Below, piece after piece: positions 49,666 through 63,700 of a DNA stretch of 64,000 nt; position 1 is the stretch's first letter, and every line of letters begins with the position of its first letter. Both the position numbers and the translations under genes were made by a program. The notes below the pieces were generated by a model. It was not told the DNA's origin. It searched no databases and worked only from the letters and a program-made list of their open reading frames with translations. This DNA comes from Gnetum montanum (lineage: Eukaryota > Plantae > Gnetophyta), in assembly GCA_015680685.1 (NCBI GenBank), contig MNCI01000357.1, forward strand, positions 20,432 to 84,431, in the 5' to 3' direction.

Positions 49666-51520
49666 AATTAAAGGCAAATGCAAGCACTGAGGACTTACTA
49701 AAGTAGGCCAAGTGAAGGACACTCTAGAGCGCCTGTCTAAGGCACACGTTGAAGTGCAGGAGGAGGCTCTGTCCACTTGGTCAGACATTATGCTGCCTTT
49801 GTTTTCTAGATGCTATTATCATTATTGTGGTGAAATTTTCATCCACTATCACTATTTTGGTTGTTGTTTTGGCTTCCATGCCATTACAACAGCCATATGG
49901 ATGCTATGCTACGGTTGCATGCAACATCGCCTTAATCACCATTATTGAGAATGGCAACTACCTTGTCGCAAGGGTTTGGACAATTCTGAGTGGCATAGTG
50001 CATGGTTGGTATAGCGTACCATCTTTACGAAGGGTTTAGTTATTTGCAAAATTTGTTAGGATGATGTGTGCTTAATCGTAGTGTAGTGCGAGTTATTTCA
50101 TACAGCAAGATAGGGTTGAGATGGCAGGGACACTGAATTTTCTCTCATCTATTCTGCTTAAGGATGGAATTTTTTTTGTTATGCTAGCTACATTGCTATG
50201 CCTATTATAGGGCTATGTTTGTCATATTGTCATGCATATGCCTATGCTTTTTTGTTTGCTATCTTGCTACACTGTGCATATCATAGTTATCACCCTCAAG
50301 TGTACATGTTACGCTACATACCTGTTGTGTTGTGGTGTGTATCGTGTAACAATTACCGTAAGGTGCAGCCAGTGTTGTTACGTAGTATGATGCCTAATGG
50401 CTATGCTACATTATAAGTGCCACTTTGTAATATTGCCTATAATGCTTGACTCTATTTTCTATTAAAGAAATGTTTGCAACTGGGAGAACATGCTACGCTA
50501 CATGTAAAGAAAGGTTACGCTACGCTATATGTGAACAGATGATTACGCTACGCTATGTGTAAACTTCACTTGAACACAATGCTAAAGTTTGATGCTTTGT
50601 TGTGCAGGGTCATGTTGAAGCCCATTCTGATTGTCCTTGAGATTGTAGGAGTCCTGTGTTGCCTTAGTGAATTGGTGGCCAATGTTCCTCCTCCTCATGC
50701 ATGTGTGGGATAGTAGGCGGTCTGGTTCTAGGAGGGCACATGGGACTTCTTACAGTTCCTCCTCCGCTATTTTAGTGTGATCATTTGGTCACACTTATCA
50801 GTAGAGACAATAGCTATAGTCACAGAAACACTGTTGCCTGGGGCACACTGAGGCATTTTGAAATTTTTGACTAATGGGTTAATCAGGGGTGAGCAGTTAG
50901 AAGGCTCTGACTAGCGTCCAAAAGGCTTGAGGTGCTTAAGTTGGATTTGGGACATGCCTCAATATAAATTCGATCACTTATAAAACATGTTATTCGTTGC
51001 CCATCACATGGGCACCTATTTTCAGAACCCACCTGGGACCGTTTACTATGTCGGCGGGTGAGTTCTGTGAAGGTATCTCATCATGTTGTGTAACCCATGT
51101 TACACTAGAAAAAGGTGTTAATAGTATATATATATTTTTTCCAAGTTTTATGTTGATAGGAATGGTCTTCATGGTGATACAAATGCCTTGGTGTTGGCAC
51201 AGATGGCCCTGTAGGAGTTTTCCTCTACTGGGAATGTGCGCACCAGCGTAATAGGCCAATTTGGGGGTTAGTTTAAAACCTACCCAACCCAGTATTCCCA
51301 ATTTTATGGAAAGTGTAAGGAAGCTGGTTGGTTGGATAGGGAGTGGACATCCCTCAGGCTGCTCACCATTGAAGATGTGATAGTGGATCTCCCACCATTT
51401 CCCACACCATTTAAACCTAGTACGCTAAATTGTAAATTCGTTGTTATATGTTCGAGTGATGATCATTTTTTTGCTAACTTTTTTCTTCTTCTTTTTATTT
51501 TTACTTTGCAAACTATTACA

Positions 51521-54376
51521 GTGGCGAGGAAATTCCAAGAGGTCACTATGATCACCTCCGAGCATAACAACACTAGCCTCTTTTTCAAGTACAGGGAGGT
51601 GGAGGAAACCTAGCATTGTCTCTGCAATGGAGTCCTAGCCATGCTTTTCCACAACCTTCAAGAGGTTGGGCTCATGGACTTATTCTTGGCCATCAACCCA
51701 AGTGTCCCACCTGCCATAATGCTTTCCCTAGCCAATTCCTTCTTCAAGAAGGTTGATCGCTTCTGTACATGCATTCACGGTGTATAGGTGGTGTTTGAAA
51801 TCAATGAAAAACTATTTGCAAATTTTTTTGGTGTTCCTTCTGATGGTCTCCCCATAGGAGAAAAACCTAAGAAAGATGCAAACCATCAAGGGGACATTGA
51901 GGAGTGGCTACGGCTGGCAAAGGATTGAAAGGGGATCTACATTGAGAAGGTTAGGCTAGGGATGGTCAAAATGATTTACCCCATCTTTTGTTCCTGTGCC
52001 TTTCCTAAACTACTCTCCCAAGGAAAAATCCTTGGAATTGAACAGGCTTGGATAATGAGGGACATCATGGAAGAGGGGACTCACTACAATTGGGTCAAAT
52101 ACCTTTGCAAAGGCTTGTGGGCTGAAATTGTCAAACTCCTTGGGAATCTTGAGTCCCATTTCAATGTGCACCATGCCTTCTTCATAGCCTGCCTGTGGAA
52201 ATTTGCAGAATTATTGGTAGTCTATGAGAATAGTGTTTGGGTGCTACAAGACTATAGTCAGATTTCCAAATCATGGATTTGCCAAGTCTTCCATACCACA
52301 TGATCCCAAGAACCCTCAGAAGCTATTAGGGAATCTCTTTTGACGAAAACCAGGGATCGGGTGGCACACACCTTTTATGCTTAAGACAACATGGGAGAGG
52401 CACTTCCCATTAACATGGGCAGTGTGATAAGGGGAGAGAATCTTATTATAGAAACAGTGGTGAATAGCTTGCAATGTAAGAGGTCCCGCCCTGCCAAAGA
52501 GACTCCCCATACAGAAAAAGAGAGGGGCAAGAAGCTACAACTCAAACTTCACAAAGTGCAGCCTCCAATTGGTAAGTGTATTTTTATTACTTGGTTAACA
52601 CTTGCTATGCTATGCTACGCTAGGTAGCATTGCACAGTGTAGCATCTGTTTCAAGTTAGTATATCTTACCTACTATGATTATGCTTTATTAGCAAAAGAA
52701 GAAGGGGAGGAAGAGGTGATGGCCCCTAGAATAGGGGCAACTCCCAAAGATGAGGAGGTTCTGGCCATAGAGGAAAGGGCCTCGATTGACAAAGAAAGGG
52801 CCCCTTCCATAGAAGAAAGGGCCTTAGCTGGTGAGAAAGAGGCCCCTTTTGATAAAGAGGAGGCCTCTACCAATGAATAAAGGGCCCCAATCAATGACGA
52901 AGAGGCCCTTATTGATGAAGAAAGGATTCCAATTGATGAGGAAGAGGCCCCTGCTGATGACCCTTTCATTGAGTGTAGTTCAGCATCGGAGGTGCATATG
53001 AGTGTTGAGGATGTTTCTACACTATTAGGCTAGTTGGAAGGAGAGGGGCTCCATTTTGACGCTATTGAGTTTAACTACTTGTTTGATAGTGTATCGATGG
53101 GAGATATCCCCCTGCTATCACCCCTGAGGATTTTCTGGGTAGGAGCTTTACACTATCATTTACGTTGTTCATTAGCTTTATTGTGGTTCTCTCTGCCATG
53201 GCTTTACACATTTTACCTGTGATTGTGGACCAAGACCCTCGACAAATTCACTTTTATGGAGGGGGTGGTTGACGACATGATCGACTGTCTAAAGCGAATT
53301 GACCCAGAAGTGGGTAAGTTAAAGTTGCTACGCTAGGCTTCCTATATTGTTACAGTTTCACTATGTCACTATGACTAATGCTTTTCTGTGTGCGGTTGGT
53401 ATCCTCTCGCCTCAAGTGGGACTCTAAGTAAGTAGTTTAGGTCAATGTTGTGCCCGAATTCCCACATAACATAACCAAAGTACCTCGTCACATATACAAC
53501 AAGGCAAGAAAATGTGCATTGTACTTGGCACACTCTATGTGGGAATGCAGGTGTGTAAACAAAGACCTCTGGAAATTGGTGCAAAGGCTTGAGAAGGAGA
53601 AGGCTAACCTAACTACTGAGGTGGGGGATCTCCAATCTAGGAATGAATTCCTGTTGGCCCAGGACACTAATGATGGTAGTTGGTGCATGACCATCATCGA
53701 TTATGCAAGATATTAGAAGGTCATGCAACGCAACAGTGAAGCTATGCCTGAAATAATTGAACAGTGCATGAAAATGGACCTTCTAGCCCAGAAGAATCAA
53801 GATTGGAAGAATTACAGTGTGAAGGTTTATGAGTGGGGGTAGGCATAGAAGAATCACAAACACATGTATAAACTGGAAAATGTTGCCTACCATAAATAAC
53901 ATCATGATGCTTTCATTAAGTTGCATACCTATGAGGTATTCCTTGACATTATTAATGCTTCTGGGACTTTTGATAGGTTCATGTAATAGGTGATAGTCAG
54001 TGAATCTCCCAAAAGGGAGATGACTTTTCCCGCAGGTGAGACCACCACTGCCACCCTTTCTCTAGGAGCACCGAGATGGATAGTTGTAGAAACAGAGAAA
54101 GTTGTAGAAAACATTGATCTAGGAGACAAGAATTGGGCTGACATTACCAAGGATGAGATCTTGCAATGCCTCATGGCTAGCATAGATCAAGTACCCCCCA
54201 AAACAGACGTGGGGCCATCTCAGGTTAGTCACTTTTTTTATGGTGTGATAATTTATTTTATAAAAATCTTTGTCGTAGCTCTAACTAATTATTTTATTTT
54301 CTTTGTTATGTAGGATTTGAATGAAAATGCAGGACCCACTGAGGCAAGGGATGGTGGTGTAGGCATGGACTCATAG
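51521..54376 (+). pseudogene. Antisense multi-exon accessory gene of element F: plant-transposon/mobile-domain-like N-terminus, acidic repeats, coiled-coil
   Basis: One reading frame runs 51521-52571, broken only by isolated stops. Introns at 52572-52692 (GTAAGT..TTAG, frame-preserving), ~53139-53228 (weak), 53314-53395 (GTAAGT, acceptor mutated to CGG) and 54224-54313 (GTTAGT..GTAG). Last exon DLNENAGPTEARDGGVGMDS*. Confidence 0.78.
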
Positions 54377-54564
54377 TGTATCGGTAGAGAGTTTTTTTTC
54401 TTGTCTTTGGATTTTCAAAAAAAAAAATTAAATCTTATTGATTGATATTTTCAATGAGGTATGGAATATAAAATTATTTATTTCATTTTGGTTAGTGTGT
54501 TGTATTTTTTTAGTCTATCTTTTGTCTCTTTTTTTTAATTAATTAATTAAGCTTCATAGGAGCA

Positions 54565-54760
54565 TCTCGTTTTAGTTTTAGGACATTTCGGGTTGTAACA
54601 ATAGTTTAAGGCCATTTTAGGTCATCGCTAGTTTTAGGCCATTTTGGGCCATTCCTAGTTTTAGGCCTTTTTGGGCGTTGGTAGTTTTAGGCCATTTCGG
54701 GTCATTAGATGATGGTAAAGAAAAATTTTGCTAGTTTTAGGCCTTAGTAGGCCATTTCGT
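54565..54760 (-). repeat. Degenerate short tandem repeats (gctagttttaggcc) of element F
   Basis: Repeated tagttttaggccatttt units. Counterpart of 47925-48300. Confidence 0.78.
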
Positions 54761-57700
54761 GATATAAACAGTGGGCGTAATGTAAACGATTTAAACAATA
54801 AGGCAAATGTTAGCATAAAAAAATGAATATGAAGAAAATAATGTAAAGAATGAACGTATGGTTGATGTAAGTGGTGATCATGTTGGAAGTAGTGTAGTAG
54901 TTACACTAACACAAGTAACGTTCATTCTCGTAGCTGCTTCCTAACCCATCGTGGACTTGGTGATGCATAAGGTCAAGGGGCTTTGTTGTGGTATTCTTCT
55001 ATATCGTTATCTACCACTTGGAAAGGCAACTTGGCCCATGTAGTTTCATTTTCTGAGCCGACGTTTTGAGCTAGCTCGTTAGCCAAACAAGTAGCCTCAG
55101 TGGGGATAGGCACTTCATTTTTAGAGGTTATTACTTCTGAACCCTGCTCCATGCCCACATTGTTTATTATTTGGGTGGCCACTTCGTCACCGTAGATTAC
55201 CACCTCCATGCCTACGTAAGGTAGGTGGATCTCTTGATATATGGGTGAAGAGACGACCCTAAGTTGGGCTAGCCATGGCCTCCCCAAGATCAGGTTAAAC
55301 CTAGGCATCTCTTCTACTACGATGAATGTTGCGCTTGTGGGGAACTAGTCCCCTACCACAAAGTTGATGTGGATAGTTCCCTTTACCACTACCCATGCTT
55401 CGTTGAATGACTTCGGACACAAGGTTGTTGTAGGTTTGATTTCATCAACCAAGCCCAGTTTGTCCACTATGGGGAATGGGATGACATTTGTAGCACCCCT
55501 GTCATCAACATGTACTCTTCAAATCTTGTGCTGACTGACATGAATTATGATGAATAGGGATGCTATTATCACCCAGCCCTTCTTAGGATCATCCTTAATG
55601 GACTTGTCATGGAATGTCAACTGAGTTGGCTACGGTTCTTTGGGCGTAGAAGGAAGCATAATCGCATGGATTGCTTTCTCCTCCACCGACATGTTTTCGT
55701 CAATTGGTATCGATGTTAACATGTGAACCAATGCCTCATAGTGTGTAGTGGAGGCCATTACCAGGTCATATAGGCTTAAGGTTTCATTCTTTTGTTTTAA
55801 AGCCTGTTTGACCTAAGTAAAGATGTTTAGAAGGTCATGTCCACTTTCTTGTTGTTTGCTGCCCTCCTCTTCCTCCATTCATCCTAGGAGACAAATCTCT
55901 TGGGGAGGAGTAGTTTCAAGTTTGGGGCTCGACCTTCTTGGGTAGGATGGTGATGATTGTGTGCACGTAGTAGCATCAATTGTTGATGATGAAAGGGGTG
56001 TAGGCATGGAGGACAAGGGGGTAGGCTTGAGGGAACTTGATGTGGTATGTTCCTTGGCCGTCTTGTCCATCAAACGCTCTTCCCTTGTTTTTGAATGGGG
56101 AGGTTGTGGGATATTTTAGATTGTCTTTGTGTGGTGGGGGTAGTTGAGGATTTCGGCCCCCTAATGACAAATGGTGTTTGTGGTGTTAGCGTGGGTGGAA
56201 GTGTAGTTTTGAACATGAAGGATGCAGGGGTGGATTTCTGAGGGAGAACCTTAAGGAAGAATGGTTGTTGTGGCATATTTTTTTCCATTGTTGGTGTCAC
56301 TATGCTACATTGAGGCACACGAACTATAAATGGCTACTGTGGTGGTTCTGGGTTACTATCGATGCCAATTGTGTTGATGAAATACCCCATGTTGTTGGTG
56401 TTGAGGGTGTCCTTGTAGATGTGCATGGATTGATTTTTGGGGCAGACAGGGTTGCTTTCATCTAGAACCAACTTTCCCTGATCAATCATCCATTGAATCA
56501 CATCTTTTAATGCTAGAGAGTAATTTGTGTCGTGATCACAAAGTTGATGGTAGTCATAGAACCGTTCCAGCCAAAAGTTCTTAGGAACTAGCAGCTCGTT
56601 GGGCATAGCCAAGGAGGGGTTCCTAAGAAGTTCATAATACTGTTGATGCCGTCTAGTCACCTCCTCCAACATGCACTTATGTTGAATATACCTAGCCCCC
56701 AAAAATTGCTTCAGAAGTTTTGACGGCTTGACAAGTAGAGGGGTGTATTCAGAGTGGTCTTTATGCTCAAAGCTGGGTTTAGGCTAGGTTGATGCCTCTA
56801 GTGCTAATGTTGAAGGGTAAGCAGCGTTATTTAAGCTAGGTGTGGGATTAGTCAACATTGTGGCCACCTTTTTGTTGTTGTTGTTGTTGGGTTTGGCCTC
56901 ATTTGCCACTATGGCCACCGTGGCTATCGCGGCCTTGCCCTTCTTTTTGTCCATTTTGACATATGTATTTTTGTACATAACATAGGCTGGGTCTTTACTA
57001 GCTTCAACCACATCTTAGATACTCTTCGTTTGGATGAAAGCTTGATTGAGAGAGCGTGGGGCTAGTTAGTACAGTTTTGACTTAATAAAGTCATTTACTG
57101 CCCCCTTAAAGATAGCCAATAGATGGGCCTCTACAATAGGCTCACGAATCTCATTCAGGGTAGCACTCTATTGCTGTATAAACTTTTGCACTGACTCCAG
57201 TGGGTCTTGCTTAACACTCATCAACTGATCCAATGTGACTTCTAACTTTAAGTTATACTTGAAATGGGTCACAAACTGACTCAACAGCTCCTCCAAAGTT
57301 GAGATGGAGGCACATGGGAGCACGTGGTACTAGTATATAGCTTGGTCCATCAGAGACATAGCAAAGACACAGATAATAGTGTGCAGCCATTGTTGCAACA
57401 ACAAAGATTTGGATCTAAACATGACTAGATGTGCATTGGGATTGCCCTCCTCATTATATTTTGTGAATTGGGGGAGTGGCATCCCAAGGGGTAATGTGAG
57501 CATGGGAACAGTCGGGCTGATGGGGTCATCATGGTAGAAATCCATGACCTACACTATGAAGAAACTGGTAGATTTAAGATGTTTAATCTCTTTAGTAAGG
57601 GTCTGGATAAGTTGAAACGCTTGGTTCAAACCTAGGGATGATGTAGACGGTCGTGGGGTTGCAGGGGTGACCATCATTGGTGGCATTGTAAGGGCAGTAG

Positions 57701-60700
57701 CCTAGCTCATAGGGGGTATCATTGGGGTGCTCTTACGAAGGGTGTTGCCTGTGCGATCCACCATCCAATGGGTGGTGCTATTGGAGCAGTGGTTGTTGGC
57801 AATGTTGTAGGGTTAGTCACTTGTGTGACTGATGGGGCAGACCATAGTCCTATTTGTGGGACTTGGTACACTTGGTGGTAGACGTAGTGTGACATTTGGG
57901 AGGATTGAAAAATAGGGAGAGAAGTGGTTAAGGCCCACCATGTAGTTGGCGGTGGGGCTACCACTAATGGTAGGATAGGCGCAGAAGATGGAACGAGACC
58001 AGGAACACCATGCAGCTATAAGATAGGCACAGTGTGCACATATGACAACGTAGCTGTGACCAGTGCTTGGTACAATGACAAGATAAAGTGAGGAGGGAGA
58101 GTGCCTGGGAATGAAACTGAAGGCATGGCATGTTGGTATGCTAAGGGTATGGGATGGTTGCCCACGACTGATGAAAGTGTAGGTTGTAGCGGAGTTGTGG
58201 TAATCATAAAAGGGGTGGATGCAAAAAGCGGGTTTGACCAGAAGAAGGTAGTGGGAGGGATAGTCCCAGGGTAAGTTTGGCCACCACCCTTGGATTCAGA
58301 GTCCATGTCTTCTTGTCCATCCTAGAATGCTTCATCATAATAGGATGTCATGTCCCATTGTTCCCTAGACCTACACATTTGTATGAGTTGGTTTAGGACC
58401 CATTGATACGGTTCGGTCAACGGGATAACAACATCAGGGATGGGGATAAATTCCCTCCCATTCCAATGAAGGAACTCAAAGTTACATTTTTCTTTGAGTT
58501 CATGACGATCTAAGGGAAAATTTTCCTAGATCTTTGCTCAGAGGAAATCATAACGCTCTGTGTCTTGTGCCAATAACTTAGGTGACAAATGTTGGATCCT
58601 AAGAGACTGACATGGTCCTAGCACTAGGCTAGGTGGTTGCTTAGCACCTACGATGCTTTGGGTCAAGAAAGAAACCTCAAGGTTTGAGGTGGGGACTATG
58701 GTTGTTGGAAAAATCATTTTGTGTGATTAAAGTTAAGTTGCAAATGAGAAACATAGAAATCAATAGGTGCTTGGAGGCTTTTCATCCTGCTAAGTTCCAA
58801 AGGAACCGTCATTGTGACTAGTCTACACCACATGATGCGTAAACAACTGCAAGGTTGTCATGTTTACACTAGTGGGTGATGGGGTACAGATAGTGTGCAA
58901 GACTACTTGAAGGATGTAGAAAGGGCACCAAAAAGGCCCTCCTTCTTGAACCAAAACTATTATTACTGAAAACATTAGTGGCTGCAACACTGAGAGGTTT
59001 TTGGGCGAATAGTTTAAACCCTAGATTTGTGCGAGGGCCGTGCTAGAGAGAAATAGAAGTGGGGTGCCCTGAATGGTCTGGTCAATTAGACATGAACTTA
59101 ATCAATGTATCTTAACCTTTCGTAAATGCTTGTTTTGGAAGCAAGGCAAGCAAAGTAAATCAATGATCAATAAATGTAAAGTAGTGAAAATAGTGCAAAA
59201 CAACGATGATAGTAAGCAAATAGCAAAATAGACTTGGGTGAGAAAGTGCATCACCCCAAGGTCATGGGTTTGATACTTTGCTTTGTTGAAAGGTGTACAA
59301 TAGAACATGTAACACGAAAGAAGAACAACTTACAAAGAGCAGTATGGTCATAGATCTCTAAACTGTAGAGCCAACCAACAGGTTTAAAGCCAACTAGAGT
59401 GCTAAAAAATTGTAGACTATGCTCTTCGAAAGCCAACATAAAAGCTAATCACTACTCCCAACCAATAGCCAACCCTTTGAGCATTGTTTTCAGGGGTATT
59501 TATAGGGCTAGGAGTAGGAGAAAAATGTGGTCTGGATGCCATGTGTCTTAGGCCCCACAAGGTGCAAACATGGCTGTACTATGTAGGTGTATGATGCTAG
59601 AGGTGAGCTTTGTTACGCTATGATCATACTACTGAAACTGCATGTGCCAAAATCTAGTGTGCCAACAATGCAAGAAAAATGGAGCCTATGCTCCAGGACT
59701 ACGTCTTCCCTACTATTGCAAGTAGGGTCAAGCATAGGAACAATTTTTTTTGGGGGGGATTGACTAGGGGTATGAAAAATGAAGCAAACTTGTTGATTTT
59801 GTCTGCCAAAGAGATATTAGGGTGAGAATAATCATTACCAACAAGTTACAGAGCTAACCGAAGACATCTTGATGCCTCCATGTTAGTGTTGCACTACCCA
59901 CGTTATTCAACACATTGGCGTAGCATAAGTAATTGCTCACTATGTTGTGCTACGTTATGTAGCGTAGAATAGCATAGCCACCAGTCTTGACAAAAATCTT
60001 GCAGAGGAGCTGAGAGCATTTATGTGAGGCTTGGTTAGGCAAGAAACTACAACTTTTGTTCTCCATGCCAGAAAGCGTTTGGACTTGCTAAATTCATCAT
60101 TGAAGCATTTCTATCATTTTTTGAATCATTGCTACGCTATGCTATGCTATGTAGCATAACACAATGTATCATGCTTCCTTATTCAATCTACCATTTTCTA
60201 CCAAGAAACCTTGCTTGAGGCCTAAGGGCTAAGTATGACAACCAGTTTTGGAGGTCGAAGCATTGTCAAGTACAATCTTCTTGTTGGAGTCACTTGGCAA
60301 AGGAGGGGCCTTTGTGTGCTTTGTCCTTTTTATGTTGTGCTACACTGCATAGCGTAGAACCCTGTGTTGGTGGAGCAAGTTTGCTTGACAGTTGCAACAT
60401 ATGGGCAAATGCTTTGGAAGACCAACTTGTCATCAACTTACAGCTTGGACACTTGATTGATCTCTTTGAGGCTTGCTACACTATGCAACGTAGCGTGGTG
60501 TAGCAAATTTCTATGCTAGAAAACTTGTCGAAGTATTTTTCTCATCCCAAACACTTTCGACAACTCTTAGCATGGTCCTTGGTTAGACTGCCAGCTAGGT
60601 CAATTGTCCGGTTGGGCAGGTTGGAGAGTCCAACAGGATTGTTTGTCTTGGAGATAGAAAACTTGCTGGACTATACAGTCTATCCTTGATGCCTACACTG

Positions 60701-60798
60701 TACTATCAGCCCATCATGATGCTGCACTTGCGGAAATCCTTGCCCAAATTCTAAGACTCTACTGAAGCATGAATGTCCTAAAATTTTATGGTGTTTCA

Positions 60799-63700
60799 GT
60801 GTGGTAGCCTTCAAACCATATTTGAGAGCAACAAAGTCTAAATATGTGCTTATGAACTACCCTCGAAGTGTGGACTACCCAAGTTGGAGAACCACATTAA
60901 ATTTGGTGTGTGTGCTTTGTCTCAAATAATTGTAATTTGGGAACTTATTCATCCATCCCCTTCTAAGTTTAATGATCCACAAGTGGTATTGAAGCTTAGT
61001 ACTCTTCGTTGTCATTAACTTCAAGCGTGAACAATGGAGGGGACATCTTACACAAAGACACCCATGTTCAATGGATTTGACTTCATCTATTAGAAAGCTA
61101 TAATGCAAGGATTCTTTGAATCCATTGAGTTTGAAGTTTGGTAATCAATTCTTGAAGTCTACACTCCACATGTCTATAGCTCCACTAGCATCATCAAGCC
61201 CTGCAACAAATGGACACAAGAGGAGAAAGATAAGTTCATGTTTAATTCAAAAGTAAAAAAAATATTTTATATTTCACTTTGAATAAATCTTAATTTAATA
61301 GGATAGTAGGATGTAAAATGGCCAAAGAAATTTGGAAAACTTTAGAAGCTACTTATGAAGGAACCTCTATTGTTAAGCAATCAAAACTATTAGTTTACAA
61401 AGCAATTATGATAAGCTTAAAATGAGAGAGGATGAGAAAATAAAAGATTACCTATCTAGAGCAAAGGATGTTATTGTAGCTATTAAAGGCATGACTAAAT
61501 ATTTGCTACAGAGTGGTTTCATCATCAAAATGATCAAAAATCTTCAATTGGAGTTTAGACTAAATTTCATAGCATGGAAAAAATTAGAAATTTCTCAACT
61601 CTAAAATTTGAAGAGCTTCAAAGTGCTCTCATTGCTTGTGGAATGAATCTCATAAGCAAAGGAGCCATATAAGAAAGACAAATTACTCTAAAAAATTAGC
61701 TCTAAGGAGGAGCTAATGAACATGATGAGGGCAACAAAGATGAGATTTCCATTCTCACTAGAAAGCTATAATGACTTATAATGAAAAGAAAAAAAGGAAC
61801 ATATTAGTAAAGATCCAATCAGTTTAAAGGTAAAGAAAGAGGTAGAATTTTTTTGAATTCTAACTTAGATTTTTCTTCTATATAATGTTGGGTTTATGGA
61901 GGAAGAAGCCATATGGACTTTGAATTCCCTAGTAATTTCAAGTTGCAATCCAAGAACAAATCCACTAAAGATGTAAAGAAAACCAACTTCTATACAAGTT
62001 GGGATGATGTAGAGCAGAGTGAGGAAGAACTGGAGGATGATGCAAAAAATTCACATCTCATCTGTATGGCTCTCACTGATGATGACACTGATTGATTAGA
62101 TGATGATCTTAATGAGGAAGAAAGATTTGATCTTTTATGCAATGAGCTTTTATCATTTTAAAGTCTTTACAATAAGTTAAATAAACAAGTTAAATCTAAG
62201 GATTAATCAATAAATTTATTAAATTTGTCTATTTCTAATCTTACTTAATAACTCTTGGACCTAAGGGCTAAGAAGAAAAAGCTAACCTCATCTTTAGAAC
62301 AAGATAAAGTGGAAGTAGCAGACATCAAATTAGTAAATGAAAGCCTAGCAAAGAGAAAGGAATCCATTCAAATAATACTAGAACAAGGAAGAAGTCCACA
62401 TGACAAGAGTGGTCTCGGATGTTGCACATAATAGTAATAACCTTTAATAAACCCATGATAATCAAATGATCATTAGGAAGATAAAGCTAGTACATAAAAA
62501 TCAAAGAAAGTAATCATCTATCAGAAAGGTCCTAAAACGGTTGATTATCCTAATTTATCATACTACCATAAGAGGATTAGATGCTATTATTGTCACAAGT
62601 TAGGACATAAACAATGGAATTGCAATCTTAAATATTATCATATAAATAATTGGTCTTATCATAGGACCCCTTGGTCTTATCAAAATGCACTAAGAAAGGA
62701 TTTTTTGTAAGATCATAAGGGAGATTAGAGGTCAAATCAAAAGACTAGAGGAACTTAGAAAGAATGGAGAATTAAAAGATAGGAACAAGGCAATCAAGAT
62801 ACTCTCACCAACAAACTCGTAAGAGGAAGCCAAGTCTTGGATATTGAAGAAGTTTGGTTAAGAAGAGAATCTTCAAAATAGGAAACTCCCTCTCTTGCCC
62901 TTTGAATACCATTACTTTTCGACAAAATAATAGGTAAGTAGAGGTAAGTTTTTTTTTTTTTTTGCAAGCTTTCATGCAGACTATGGTCCATTGGTAGCCT
63001 TTTCCAATCCTATTTTTGCAAAGATGTCTTATGATGGGCAAAGATGTCTCTCTAAGTTTTCATGTCTTACAGGAAAGACATCTACTATGTATGAAAGACA
63101 TCTACAATGATTTTAACTCACAAGAAAGATGTCTTCCTTTTGCAAAAGATGTTTTCTTTTTTGTTCAAAGCCCTCATTCGTCACTAATATTAAAGTAAAA
63201 ACCCTCATTTATTTATCCAATTCTCTCATTTGACCCTATAGAGATTACTAGGGCTCCACCATTAGTAGTGATTCTATCAAAGATGGCCCATAAGAAGTTA
63301 AAACATCTAGAGTGTTGCCAAAGAAGAAATCCAAAGGGAGTTCTAGCAATGAGCCTCCCACTTACATGTCACAATTCCACAATACAAGTGCACAACATAA
63401 GTTTGAGGCTACTAAAACCACAAGCATCATTACTAAATGTTCTTTGTCTTTCCCTACTCATAGATAAGTTGCATTAATGGATTATTTCAAAATTTAAATT
63501 AGAGCACCTTCATTGCAATGAATTTTATACTACCTAATGTTTTAATTAGGGTATTCTATTGCAATATTGTCATTACAAATGATGTTCTTGGAGCATTTTC
63601 TTCCATAGTTGGGGGCATTCTCATTGAGATCTCTCTCCAAGTTTTGAATGTAATCGTTGGGATCTCCAATCCTGATGTCTTTCGAGTAACCATTGTGTTG

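Larger units (their letters stand above)
42305..49740 (+). mobile_element. Element E: Ogre/Tat-like gag-protease-only (non-autonomous) element with an antisense accessory gene, 3'-truncated
   Basis: TATA at 42611, upstream ORF from ~43523, gag ~44540-46180 (QFTKYNG..HL..F..LDWY.TLP.ASISS.EDL..QF..FKYN), protease ~47050-47420 (FNLILGRPWLAQLWAISSLIHQ). No RT/RH/INT. Colinear with F. Confidence 0.82.
49750..60798 (-). mobile_element. Element F: second copy of the gag-protease-only Ogre/Tat-like family, inverted relative to E
   Basis: Candidate LTR start TGAAACACCATAAAATTTT at 60798 and TATA at ~59497-59504. gag ORFs 57330-57545, 56784-57011 and 56334-56702; protease ORF 54973-55308 (FNLILGRPWLAQL). 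Colinear with E. No RT/INT and no 3' LTR found. Confidence 0.82.

Noticed and set aside
52679-52969. Ser-rich minus-strand ORF
   Set aside because: Antisense shadow of the acidic ~21-bp repeats in the plus-strand exon.
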